Below, in pieces: positions 38,775 to 51,981 of a stretch of DNA of 64,000 nucleotides. Below the pieces are notes generated by a model. The model ran no database searches. It was not told where the DNA came from and saw only the letters and a list, made by a program, of their open reading frames with translations. How positions within the stretch are numbered: the stretch's first letter is position 1; each line of letters opens with the position of its first letter. The translations under genes were made by a program, and so were the position numbers. Source of the stretch: the human T2T-CHM13v2.0 reference genome, Homo sapiens; assembly GCF_009914755.1 (NCBI RefSeq), contig NC_060928.1. One strand, written 5' to 3'.

Positions 38775-41443
38775 CAGATAACCCTTGAACAATAGGGAGG
38801 TTAGGGGTGATGACCTCCCCATGTATAAATCCATCGATAATTTTGACTCCCCCAAAACTTAACTACTAACAGCCTACTGTTGACTGGAAATCTTACTAAA
38901 CATAAATAGATTAACACATATTTTGTATGTTATATGTATTATATACTGTAATCTTACAATAAAGTAAGCTAGAAAAGAAAGCATTAGGAAAATCATAAGG
39001 AAGAGAAAATGCATTACTTTTCGTTAAGTGGAAGTGGATCATCATAAAGGTCCTCATCTGCATCATCCTCACTTTGAGTAATCGGAAGAGGAAGAGGAGG
39101 GGTTGGTCTTGCTGTTTCGGGGTGGTGGAGGTGGGAGAGGTGGAGCAGGTAAGAGGGAAGGCAGAAGAGGCAGGCACACTTGGTGTAACTTTCTGGAAAT
39201 GCGCTGTAATTTCTGCCTGACATTTTTGCTCTTTCATTTCTCTAAAAATGTTTTTATATGGTTCCAGTCCTTCTTCTACCATTTGCATTAGTTTCATTGC
39301 CCATGTCATAGAAAGTTCCAGGTCATAAAATAAGTTTAAAGCGATCTCGAATAATCAGAAGCCTTCTGCCAGATTGTCTAGTGTCAATTTGTTTTCTGGC
39401 ATAGCTTCTTCTACGTCGTCGTCTTCATTGTCTGGCACTGGTTTGGAAGCATTTCTCTTCATCAAGTCATTGTTAATTCTTCTGGTGTGGTGTCCATGAG
39501 CTCTTGAATTTCTCTAAGATCCATATCTTGAAACCCTTTTATACCCCCCCAACCTGCTGCCATTTTTTTTAAACCACATTCACGGTCTTTTATGTGGTTT
39601 TCTTGATTGGCTCTGTTGTAAATCTTGTAAAATCATGCACAACGTCTGAACATAGTTTTCTCCAGCAGGAATGAATTGTTGTCAGCTTGATGGCTTTTAT
39701 GGCTTTTTCCATAACAATGGTGGCATCTTCAGTAGTGTAATTCTCCCAGATTTCTATGGTATACTCTATTGGGGTTCTCTTCCATAGTATTAGCAGTCAT
39801 TTCCATAGAATACTGCGGTGTAATGAGCCTTAAAGGTCCTTATGTCCCCCATCTAGAGGCTGAATTAGAGCTATTGGGGCAAGTAGACCACTTCAGCCCC
39901 TTCAAGGTTGAACTCATGGTGCTCTGTGTGACTAGGGGGAATTTTCCAATATCAAAAGAATTTTAAAAAGTAGTCCTTTATGGGCAAGATACTTCCTGAC
40001 TTCAGCAACAAAGCATTGATGGAACTAATCCAGAAAAAGGGTTCTCATTGCTCAGGCCTTCTTGCTGCACAACCAAAGGATTGGCAGCTGGGATTTATCT
40101 TTTTCCTTCAAGGGTTGGGGTTAGCAGGTTTATAGATAAGGGCAGTCCTGATCATTAACCCGACTGCATCTGCCACAAAACAGTAGAGTTAGCCTACCTT
40201 TCCCTGCTTCAAATCCTGTGCTCACTTCTCCTGTTTTCTGATTAATGTCCTTTTTTGTTCTCCAGAATAGGGCACTTTCATCTGCATTAAAAACCTGTTC
40301 AGACAGATATCCTTTCTTCTCAGGGATTTTCTTAATGGGACCTGGAAACCTCTCTGCTGCTTCGTGGTCAGCAGACGTTGCTTCTCCTGTTATCTTGACA
40401 TTTTTAAAGCCTCTTTCTGCAAGTATCAAACCACACTTTGCCAGCATTAACATCTCTAGCTTTAAATCCTTCACCTTCCTTTTGATTTACATTGTCATCT
40501 AATGATTTTTCTTTTTTGTCAGTCATATTATAATCTGTAGGTGTGTCTTTCTTATGACAATCCTGTACCCATGTAAAAGCTGCATTTTCAATATGAGACA
40601 AAAAGGTATTTCACAAAAAGTGCAAGGTTTTTGCGACTGCTGGTGTAGTTGCAGCTATGGCTTCACAGGTTCCATTCCTTTATGTACAACGGTCCTTACA
40701 CCAGATTCATTTATCTTGAAATGGTGGCAACCTAAGCTGCAGACCTCAATCTACAGTACACATCAAAGAAATTCAACTTTTTCTTGTAATGTCATGACTT
40801 TACTTCTTGGGAGCACTCCCAGCATCACGAGTGGCATTTTGTATGGTCCCCATGGTGTTACTCAAGCCTAACGATATTTCTCTAAACATGATGAAAAATA
40901 CAAGAGAACCGTGAGAGATCACCTTTTACTCTGATCCACAATTTACTGGAGAGGGTACTGGCTGACGCAGAGATGATTAACATCTCAAGGCACGTCAGAC
41001 GAATACTCGCAAAACTTGAGCTCACCTCAACAGCAAGAGGAGGTGGCTGGGAAGTGATGACGGTAATACAGTATGGACTACATTAATTGTATGCACTTAT
41101 GATTTAATACTGTATCTTTAGAGTTTGTTTACATTTCCTTCAACTGCAAGTGGCACTATGTATGACTTATAAGTGTTTAAGCTTTGATAAATATTACCTT
41201 TTTATAATATTTGTGTATATTTTATGGTAGTAAATGATAAAATAGACTAATATCTACGTACCTTTTATGCATTCAAGACATACTTTTAAAATTTTTTTCT
41301 CAATATTTCTAGGCTATGCAATTCATAGTTTTTTTTCAAATGGTTGTGAGTCTCCAAAGTATATAGCAATAATTAATTGAAAAAAAAATTCACATATAAA
41401 TGGAACTGTGCCATTAAAAGCCATGTTGTTCAAGGGTCAACTG
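38775..41443 (-). mobile_element. Near full-length Tigger2 (TcMar-Tigger/pogo DNA transposon), about 2.67 kb
   Basis: TIRs cagataacccttgaacaa (38775) and ttgttcaagggtcaactg (ends 41443), flanked by TG and TA (TA target); transposase fragments on the minus strand. Confidence 0.92.
39014..40800 (-). pseudogene. Decayed Tigger2 transposase (CENP-B-type HTH plus DDE_1 domain), with frameshifts and stops
   Basis: ORF pieces 'IENAAFTWVQDC..FKA...WFD', 'FKNVKITGEATSADHEAAERFP..GYLSEQVFNADESALFW', and acidic C-terminal 'EDDADEDLYDDPLPLNE'. Confidence 0.85.
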
Positions 41444-43799
41444 TATTGCTAGATTAAAGGGAAGGAGTGCAGGGAGATAAAGATGTGCCTGGCAGTTTAG
41501 GTGAGAGGGACATACTAAAGAGATTGTGGATTTTATTCAGTGGGCCATAATGCAACCCTGGAACTTTTAGAGTGACACGGTTAGACCTGCATTGTAGAAA
41601 GATCATTTGGGTTACTGTGTTGGAAATATATTAGAGGACTTGGAACTGAAAGCCATGTCTGTACATTCTCACTTGTCTGGATACTTTGCAGGTATCAGAA
41701 TGAGTGAAGTACATTTTAAGAAATACCTGTCCGCAGCATACAAATTTTTCAAATGAAGACTATTAGAAAATCTTTAAATATACTTTGTCTAGAATTATTT
41801 ATTATGTGAATGAAGCTCAAATATGAATTAAGATGATCTAAAGACAATACAATTTTTGGTCCGAAATGTAATGTATTGTGTTCATATTCATAGCATTTTC
41901 CAATGAAGGTCAAAGTTCTATTCTCTGTTCTTGTTCTTTTGCTGTAACAGAGATACAGCAACGCAGGGAACACATAAAATGAAACCCAAGACAGGCATAC
42001 TGTTCACATTCCAAGTGTTTAGCTATATAATTTCTTTGCAATAAGTATGATAATTCTATATTAATCTCTGACAGTAAAAATAAAAAGTAAAAATTGCAAG
42101 ACTATCAGGGATTTCCCTACTATACGTGTCAATAAAAGCTGCCTACCTTTGCACAGTTACTGACTCTATCTGAGGTTTAGCTACTTCAGCTCTAAAAATC
42201 TCTCTTGGAAGTGGTGGTATCAAAGTTATATTTAGTTCTTTAATTTTAAGAGAGTTTAGACAATTAATTTTGCCTACAGATACTACATTCATATATAGGA
42301 TTTAGTTATGCCAAGACCAGAGATAGAAAAGTATGAGGTTGCCCAAATTTGTCAATTACACCTTTCTCTCAAAATGGAAATTTCTTTCCATTTGAAGTAA
42401 AATGTCAATGATAAAAACACTAGTACTATCTTTTTTGACTGTATGTCCACATTTGGCTGCATGCATGGGTCCTAAGGCAGTTTTTAAATTTATCTTTGGC
42501 ATGAAGTGTGGTGTGGGCATTTTCAGAGCCATGTGAAACTCCAGTTAAAAATATAGCACAACAAATCTTCACATAATTGGGTTTTTTTTGGTATTAAAAT
42601 ATGACTCAGATCTTACCTAACAAATCCACATTTTCTTGCGAAAATCATTGGGATATTTAGATCCCTTATTAAAAGAGGAAAAGTATACGTGGTTTGAAGA
42701 AAGTTTGTGAATGAATGTTTGAGAACTGCTCCATATCTAATGACTAATGCTCAGCAGAGACTCTGAACAAGGAAATGGCTCTGCTCTGGCATAAAATATT
42801 TCAAAATTATTAATAGCTAAAATAACCTGGAGGTATTCCATTTTTTACAGTGTAATTCTGACAGTTCTCCATAAGCCCTTGATTTAAGTGATGATTAAAA
42901 ATAAAAGTTAATAGCATTACTAGATTATGTTGGAACACTTTTGAAAGTAGTTTAAGGTAATTTCATGGTATGACTAACCATTTTTGTAATATAGCATATC
43001 TTATATATAAATAATTGAGAAAGAAGATTACCAATCCTTTGATTAGTCTCCAAAATATTAACTCAATCTTTGTAGTACAATTGAAGCAACAGTTTTGAGC
43101 ATTGTATTCAGGGGAAATTATAATCAACAAAAATTCTGCACACACACACACACAAAGAATTGAACCATTCTTTAAATATTACATGTTGTGTGATTGCCGC
43201 AGAAATTTGGTAAATAATTTGCAGGTGATAAATCAATTCACTCATAATCCCACCATGAAGATATAACAGTCTTCAGTATATTTCTTTTGTGCTTTTTGTT
43301 TCATCAAACATATAATACACACATCCATGTTTTTAAAGCAAACACAGACCCTATACTGTGCATCATTTTAATAACCTGCTTTTGTTTATTCACCAATGTA
43401 TTTTCCATTCATTGCACATTTTGTTACTGCAACACATTAAATACCTTTGCAGATTCCCACTATGTGTATAGACTCACCATAATTAACTTAAGCAATAATC
43501 TATTATTATGCATTCATTTTATTTCTGATATTTTTTACCACATTCTTCCATGAACATGTTTATAGTTAGTTCCTTGTATATGGTCATAATTTCCTTAGAA
43601 TAAAATCCTAAGGAAAAAGTTTGCATCCTAAAATAGAGTGATTATTTTACTAATTTACATCCTCATCAGCAACCAATGGACATGCACACCCCACCCCTCA
43701 TGCCCTTGAGAACAATGGATACTGTCTTCAACAGCCTGGCCCAAATTATGTTTTGAGGAAATCTAGCATATAACGGATGTTATAATAATTGTTCTTAAA

Positions 43800-44042
43800 T
43801 AAAAAATTGAAATGGTCAATGAAATTTGGAAACTACATACTGAAATCTCTTTTTTGGTGATTCACACTGCACATTAAAATATTAAAGACTGTGAGAAGTC
43901 CTGATATAAATATACCAGATTAAGTTTTGTTAACTCAAGATTTCCTGAACCTCAGTGATCATGGAATCCCTTATTGATGGAATACCTATTAAGGTACTTT
44001 AAGACATCAGTGTTCCTTATAATGCAGTTTGTAAAACACCAG
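43800..44042. mobile_element. Old hAT-Charlie-type MER remnant (subfamily uncertain)
   Basis: 'gattcacactgcacattaaaatattaaagactgtgagaagtcctg', 'catggaatccc', 'cagtgttcc..cagtttgtaaaacac'. Confidence 0.5.
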
Positions 44043-44722
44043 TTGTCTATTTTGAGGCCACGTAACTGGCATTTATGGAAAAGGCTGTAAATTGACTATG
44101 CAATATCCATTCTCCTTCTTTCTTACAAAGAGTTATTCAGCAGAACAATGTGCCCAGCTAAAATCACTTTTTTGTAACCGCCACCACAAACAAGATACAG
44201 AACGGTTCCAACGCCCAAGGAATTCCCTTGTGCTGATTGATCCTCTGTCATCAGCGCCTTCCTTCACTCTTAATTCCTCATTTTTGGAATATTTATCTCT
44301 TGGATTACTGTCACCATACCTTTCTCTAGTCATAATTCTTGGTGATTTCATATCAGTCTAGACAATTTTTTAAATCTCCTGAATCTTTCAGTGCCTTAAT
44401 CACATATCAGTCACATTCATACCTTGACTTTGTTGTTACCAAAGTGAGAATTACTCAGTTGTCTCAATTACAATTCTGCCACCCCAACCGTGACTTCCTG
44501 TAGTCCAGTAATGCTTTCACTCTCTGGGAACTCACAGTCTTTAATTCTAACACCTTTCACCCTTCCTCTATTTTTTTTTTTTCCCCTACCTGGCTTAAAG
44601 GACTCATCTAATCACTGTAATCACTCTAATGCTTGCACTATCGACTCCTTCACCCCTTACACACTTCCTGGAATCTGCGAGGCCAAATGTTAAGGTTAAA
44701 TTCAACTCTATCTATGCCTTCA

Positions 44723-45076
<354 letters not shown>

Positions 45077-45564
45077 TCAAGATCATCACATCAAATGGGT
45101 ACACGGTGCTCTGCCAAAATCATACTACATATCTGTTTATGAATTTTAAACATTCTTATATGACCATACAAGGTCACAAGCCAAACTCCCTTCTTTCCAA
45201 ACCTCTAGCCACCTTCTCCCTAATTTCCATTCTTAGTTGAGAACATTGTGGCTTAACTTATTGAGAAATAGGATCAATTAGAAGCAGTTCTCATCACCAC
45301 GTTTATCCATGTATGAGCACATGGCTTAAGCCAATTATCTCTCCCACAGATTACTGCAGTAGTGCTCTAACTGGTTTCCTTGCTTCTGTTCCTGCTCAGG
45401 GATTAAACTCATTCCTGGAACACAGATGCATCACCTAGAGGGACATCACCCAAGTTGAAGCCATGAGGATCAAACCTCATGCTAATAAAGACAGAGGTAG
45501 TAACAGTGGCAGCTTTAGACTGAGTGCTAGAGAGAAGTGAATTATTTTGCAGTAAAGTAATTAT

Positions 45565-46015
45565 ATACTCATTCATTGAACATGAGGTTTAATATTTACA
45601 GTGTGCTTGACTGTATCTGTGAACAAAGGAGACAAAAATACATGCCTTTGGGGTGCTTCTGTTCTAGTGGGGAGAGATGACAAAAAATAAGTAAAATAGG
45701 TGCCATGTTAAATTGTAATGAGTGCTATTGAAAAAAAACAAGCAGGAAAAGGAAATTGGGAGCATTGGAATGAATACTGGAAGAAAGCGATGGGCCGAAC
45801 CACATGAACATCGATAGGAAGAACTTTTCGGATAAAGGAAATAGCAGTGATGAGAATAATGTGGTTAGAGTCAAGGATGTGATAGGGGCCAAAGTCATGT
45901 AGGGCCTGAGTGAGATGAGAAGCCTTTGGAGAGCTTTCCAAGGAGTAAAATAATCTAAGTTGCATCTTTACCAGAAATTTCTTTGGTTCTTACCTGGAGA
46001 ATAGATAGAAGGAGT
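45565..46015 (-). mobile_element. L2 3' fragment
   Basis: 'ctcattcattga', 'gtgaacaaaggagacaaaaatacatgcc..ttctagtggggagaga', then purine-rich L2 antisense body. Confidence 0.6.
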
Positions 46016-46034
46016 AAGGTAACTATAGCCTGGC

Positions 46035-46346
46035 TTTTTAATTTTGTTTATTTTTATTTATTTTAGAGACGGTCTTGATCTATATCCCAGGCTGGAGTGC
46101 AGTGCCGAGATCACAGCTCACTGCAGCCTCGACCTCCTTGAGCTCAAGTGATCCTCCTGCCTCAGCCTCCTGAGTAGCTGGGACTAAAAGTGTGTACCAC
46201 CATGCCCGGCTAGTGTTTTACAAACTTTTTAAAAGATGGCATCTCACTATGTTGCCCAGGCTGGCCTTGAAATCCTGGGCTCAAGCAATCCTCCTGCCTC
46301 AGCCTCCTGAGTAGCTGCAATTACAGGTGAGAGCCACCCCACCTAG
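46035..46346 (-). mobile_element. AluJ
   Basis: T-rich tail, 'cacagctcactgcagcctcgacctcc..gctcaagtgatcctcc', 'ctcactatgttgcccagg'; TSD core tggctttt. Confidence 0.92.
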
Positions 46347-48917
46347 AGATCGTGGCTTTTGTAGAATCCCACATCAAAGAGCCCTCTTCTTTTTGCTGCT
46401 ACTTCAGAGATGGCTGATAAACAGAAACCTTTACCATTCTCTATTTATACAAATATATACTAATCTGAAAATATCACTTTCACTGAGGACTTGTTTTCAT
46501 CTTTTGGTTGGTTGTTTGCTTTATCTGGCATATATGTTAAACAAGAGATTAATCATAAACTTATCTAGTCAATGGGAAAAGTGTTTCTGCTGCCAAATCG
46601 AGAAGGCCAGGTGTAAAACTAAAACCAGGCTCACTGAGATTTGGGGACTGTTTCTGGAAAATAGCACAAGCATCTATTACTCTCAGGGCACATAGCACAG
46701 AGTCTGATAGAGGAGACATGCTTAACAATTGACCTGTATACAATCCCTATACTAACTAAGGAGAAATTAGGGGCACCTAAGCAGAAGTAACCATCTTCCT
46801 GGTTTATTTAGCTCAGAGTGAGGCTTGAACTCAGTCAAAGGTCCTACTTCTATAGTCCAGGGGCATCTGGGAAGAACATTGAGAAATGCTAGCTTGACTC
46901 TTTGGTGAGGGGTAGGTGTGACTCCCAACAGGCTTGTGTCTACGCATGCCAGTGCCACTGCCCTGGAAGATACTCAGGGAAAGATTCAGATAAGAAAGAG
47001 AACATTGTGTAAATCACAATTTATCACTGGGAAATGAATTGAAAGTTAGCTCAGGTTAAGAAATTGTTGCAAGATTCACACGTTTGTCAGGATTATTGCT
47101 TCTCTTGGTATACAACATGTGGCTACAATTATTGAAGTGTTTATCATTATAGAAAGTATGATGTAGATATCTCACTGAATAAATTCATACTACTAGCAAG
47201 GCAATAACAAACTTTCTTAACAATTCATAGAAACTGGAGGCATGTGAGTCCTGGGTCCTAAGAAGGCCCTAAACTGGCAGATATTAGGTTGATTCTGCTC
47301 CGAATCATTTGTCATTCTTTGTTTTGACAGCCAACAAATCCATTAGCCTATCTCAATATAGGTAGTAAATTGATAATTAAACTCTTTATTAGATTTCTTT
47401 GTCTAGATTCCAACGAGAAGGACCGTAAGGGAATGGACTGTCTTCTTCTCCCGCTAAAATGCAATTTCTGGAGGTTCTCTATCTTACCCCTTAGCAGAGT
47501 TCCTAGATCATAAAAGGCATTTGGTAAATGTTTAAATTGCACATCATGATAAAATATTTTGCTGAAGTCGTTCTTTAAAATCATTTGACATGATATACTA
47601 ACCAATGAATTGGTTACTGTTGTCATGGTGCACCAATTGAGTCCTGAGAACAACATTATTTTAAATAATAAGTTGATTGCCTCAGCTTCAAAAAATTTTC
47701 GGTCCATAGGCTGTTCATCAGTAGGTTCAATAAATATATCATCTCTGGGAAACTTAGTAAGCAAATGAATTAAAATGTTTGAAATATTTGAAATGATAGC
47801 TTAGTATGAGGAATTATTTCTTAAATTGTGTAAGATAGAAGCATTTCTTTTCTAACAGTTTGACTGAATTTAGATGACTATGAGTAAAATTTTAGATTTA
47901 TTACATCTTACATTATCTTCCTTGGCAGAGAGTACATTTAGAAGAGAAACTGGCCAACCAAAGGCAACAGTTTATTGTTTTCCAAATGTCCACAGGATGT
48001 GTAGATCTTGGAAGAAACAGTTATTGCCAGCAGTATTAGAAGTACATAGACTTGCCTTTCTTATGTAAATATCTGTAAGAATTAGTGCATGCTATTTTTA
48101 TTTTTTTGTTAATTGAACAAGCTTTCATGTTTTTTATTATAAATGAATACAAAGATTTTGTTTGATTTGTGTTTTGAACAAACAATACAAAGTATTCTTT
48201 TTGGAGAGTTGTAGAATGAACTCACAGCTACGTTGAAATACTTATTTCAACATAAAGGAGACTAACAGATAACAAAAAAAAGTAAGTTCACTGTAAAAAG
48301 GTCCTACTATATTATTTAAATAGGTTATCAAGGAAATATATTTTCCCATGGGGTTTTTAAAAGAAGCTTTTAAAAGGGTAATATAAGAGAGTACAATTCC
48401 AAAGAAATTTAATCAGAAGTCTCATTATATTTATGCAGACCATAAAAGAATTAAGGGGTAGCATGGTAGGTGCATATATTATTTACAGCAAATCCCAGCT
48501 TACTTTAGAGAAACCTTATTCTCCATAAACCCGCCAGCTAGTCTTTGTCCCAGGTAGCAACGTTTACTGGAAAAGAACATGATTTTCTTAAAACTTTTTC
48601 AATTAACTTCTTTTTGTTAAACTACACTGTATAATTTAAATCCTGCAGTTAATATATTGCCAACTATTTGATTCCTTGGAGGCTCTATATAAAAGGAAGG
48701 ATTTAAAGTTGGTGAGATAACCCAAATCATTCCATCTGGAACTAAAAAATGTCTTAGATATGTGTTGTATGAGTATGTATGTGTTATGATCAAAAGGAAA
48801 ATCATAACACATATATACTCATACAACACATATATACTTATATAACACATATATATTCATAGCTTTTAAAATATTTGCTTTTGTTGAAATACTCTATACT
48901 TTCTATAGTCATATCAG

Positions 48918-49110
48918 AATATTGTATAGTAGTTAAAAGTTCATGCTCTAGAGTCAACTGACTGCATTTCAATCCAAGCTGTTCCACCTGAGTAAATTTA
49001 TCAAATTTCTCTTTGCTGGTACCTGCCTTTTAAAGTTATTGAGAAGATTAAATGAATGGATTGAAGTGCTTAAACCTATACCTGGTACATAATTAGAAAT
49101 CAGTAAGTGT
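48918..49110 (+). mobile_element. MIR SINE
   Basis: 'tagtagttaaaag..gctctagagtca', 'gttattgagaagattaaatga..gtgctta..cctggtacata'. Confidence 0.65.
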
Positions 49111-49209
49111 CGGGCAGTATTTAGAGATACAAGTGCTACGTGATGCAGGAGATACAGATATATTCATCGTGCACTTACAATCTAATGGGAGCTGACTGGG
49201 ATCATTGTT

Positions 49210-50930
49210 TTTTCACTAATTCATTTAGCAAATAGTTAGGGGGTGCCTACTTTCTACCAAGGATGGGAAGACATGATGTAATAAGACCGATAGTTGAGAT
49301 GATATATGAATATGAATGATGACAATCTAATGAAATAGAAACTGAGGTTGTGCAAGGTAGGATGGGAACACAGTGGAGAAGTAATTCTGCTATCTCAGGA
49401 AAAATATCAGAAAGGAAACACATGTGAGCTGAATCTTACAAGGATTACTAGAAATTTTCTAGGTGGACAAGCAGAAGCTAAGTGAAGAGGGAAGAACAGA
49501 TGTTAAAAAAAAAAAAAAAAAAGTAGCCTGAGAGAATGCATGGCTTTTAGCAATCGATCATGAGGCCTATGGAGGTCAAAGAGGACAAGATCCTGGGACA
49601 GGAGTCATGAAGGACCAGGGGTTAAAAGGTGAGGAGCATTTACCTAACCCATTAGGCACTGTGGGGTCCATGGGAAATTCCATGTAAGCAAGTGATGTGA
49701 TAAAATTCGTGTTGAGAACGATGTCTAGCTACAGTGTGAAGCCAGGATGGGACAGGACAGGAGAGTGGAGGCAGGGGCCAGTTAGGAAGCCATTGTTTTA
49801 CTCTAGACGAAATTTTTTAAAAAGCCTGTTCTAACTGAAAAGAAAAGATACTCGCTGATTTCTATTAAGTTCTGAACAGTGTTTTATGTCCCTTTCAAAC
49901 ACTGTCTCATTTCATCCTCATCAGGATCTTATGTAGTCGATGTCATTATATCCAATTAGAGACAAAACTGAGGCTCAGAAAGGACAAGTATCTGCACTAA
50001 GATCCTATGCCAGCGTAGATCGGAGCCAGATTGAATTAGAGTCAGCCCGAATCCCAATCTTTTGCTCTTTTTGCCTTATCATCTGCCTCCCTTAGTGGCA
50101 ATATTAGGAATGGAGAACCAAAAATGGGGTTTAAAGGTATCAGGAGTTCGATTTTATAAGATTCAGTGATGTTCATTGTGTAATTAAATACATAGATCAG
50201 ATTAAGAAAAGAGATCTGTAACATCAGCTTAAAGATAAAACTGAGAGGCTACGTAAAATTGAAAAGAAAAATTAGAGAACTTTGAAGATATTAATATTTA
50301 AGTGTGAGGAGAAAGAGAGTCAAGTAAAAGAGATGGGAAGAGAAAAACAGGACAGCCATGATGTCATGGAAACTGAGAAGCAAGCGTTATAAAAAGAAGA
50401 ATGTGGTTAAGCCACGTTACATGTAACAAGAGGTTCACTGTGATAAAGAACAAGAAATCCCCATCAAATATGAACAGCTAAGACATGATGGGTTCTTCCC
50501 TGAGCAGCTTTGGGAAACGGCTGGAGAGGACGTCAAACCCTGGTAGCTAAGGGGGAATGAAAAGAAAGAGGTGGAGGAGGAAAGTATAGATTCTTGTTCC
50601 ATCTCAAGAACCCTGGCTGTAGAGATGGAAAGCAATAATTTACTCTCCTGTAAGTTATTTCTTTTCTTTTAAAATAAGGTTTCATTTCATTTCTTTTAAA
50701 ACAAGGTTGAAGAGAAAATGTAAAGGAAGTACTAGAAAGACTAGTAGAGGACTTTCTCCTCGGTGATGGGAGAAAAAGAAGGACATAAAGTCCCTTAGTA
50801 GTTTGAGAGGAATGTGGTGAGAAGTTGAGAAGGTTTTGGTCCCAAAGGCCCCCATTTTCTCTGGAACATTGAAGAAACCTGCGTCACCTACTGAGACTGA
50901 GAGATTAGAGGAAAATTGAGGGGGCTTGAG
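49210..50930 (-). mobile_element. Degraded L2, interrupted by a MIR at about 49850-50085
   Basis: 'ttcatttagcaaata' L2 tail, 'tgagctgaatct', 'ggaggcaggggccagttaggaagccattg'; MIR core 'tcatttcatcctca..aaactgaggctcagaaagg'. Confidence 0.55.
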
Positions 50931-51357
50931 AATGGGACAGTTTTAAGATAGCTTCACAGAAAATGGTATAGTAATATTAGTAGTGGAAGTATTGGAAGTA
51001 GCAGCCAATACATACGTAATGCCTTTCCTGTGCAGATTATTCTTTTAAGTCTTCGTATATGTTCGCTCTGACAGCAACTGTATGAGGTTGGTTCCAGTGC
51101 AAATCTTACTGAACAGATCAGGACACTGAGACATGGACCTTAAGTGATCTACCTGCCAAGATCACACTGCTTATAATAAAGGAGCTTATGTCTGAGCCCA
51201 CTGCAGAGTCCAGATCCTGAATTCCAGTAGGAAAGCTATTGTAGGAAAATAAAAATGTCAGTATACAAGTAGCTCTAATACAAGTTAGCACAGGATAACT
51301 AACAACATTTTTTTAAAAAATGGTCTTGGGTTAAAAGAGTCCTGGAGTCATTAGCTA

Positions 51358-51981
<624 letters not shown>

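Noticed and set aside
38911-40871. Domesticated TIGD-like gene
   Set aside because: The transposase is split over several frames with stops, and TIRs are retained, as expected for a neutral fossil.
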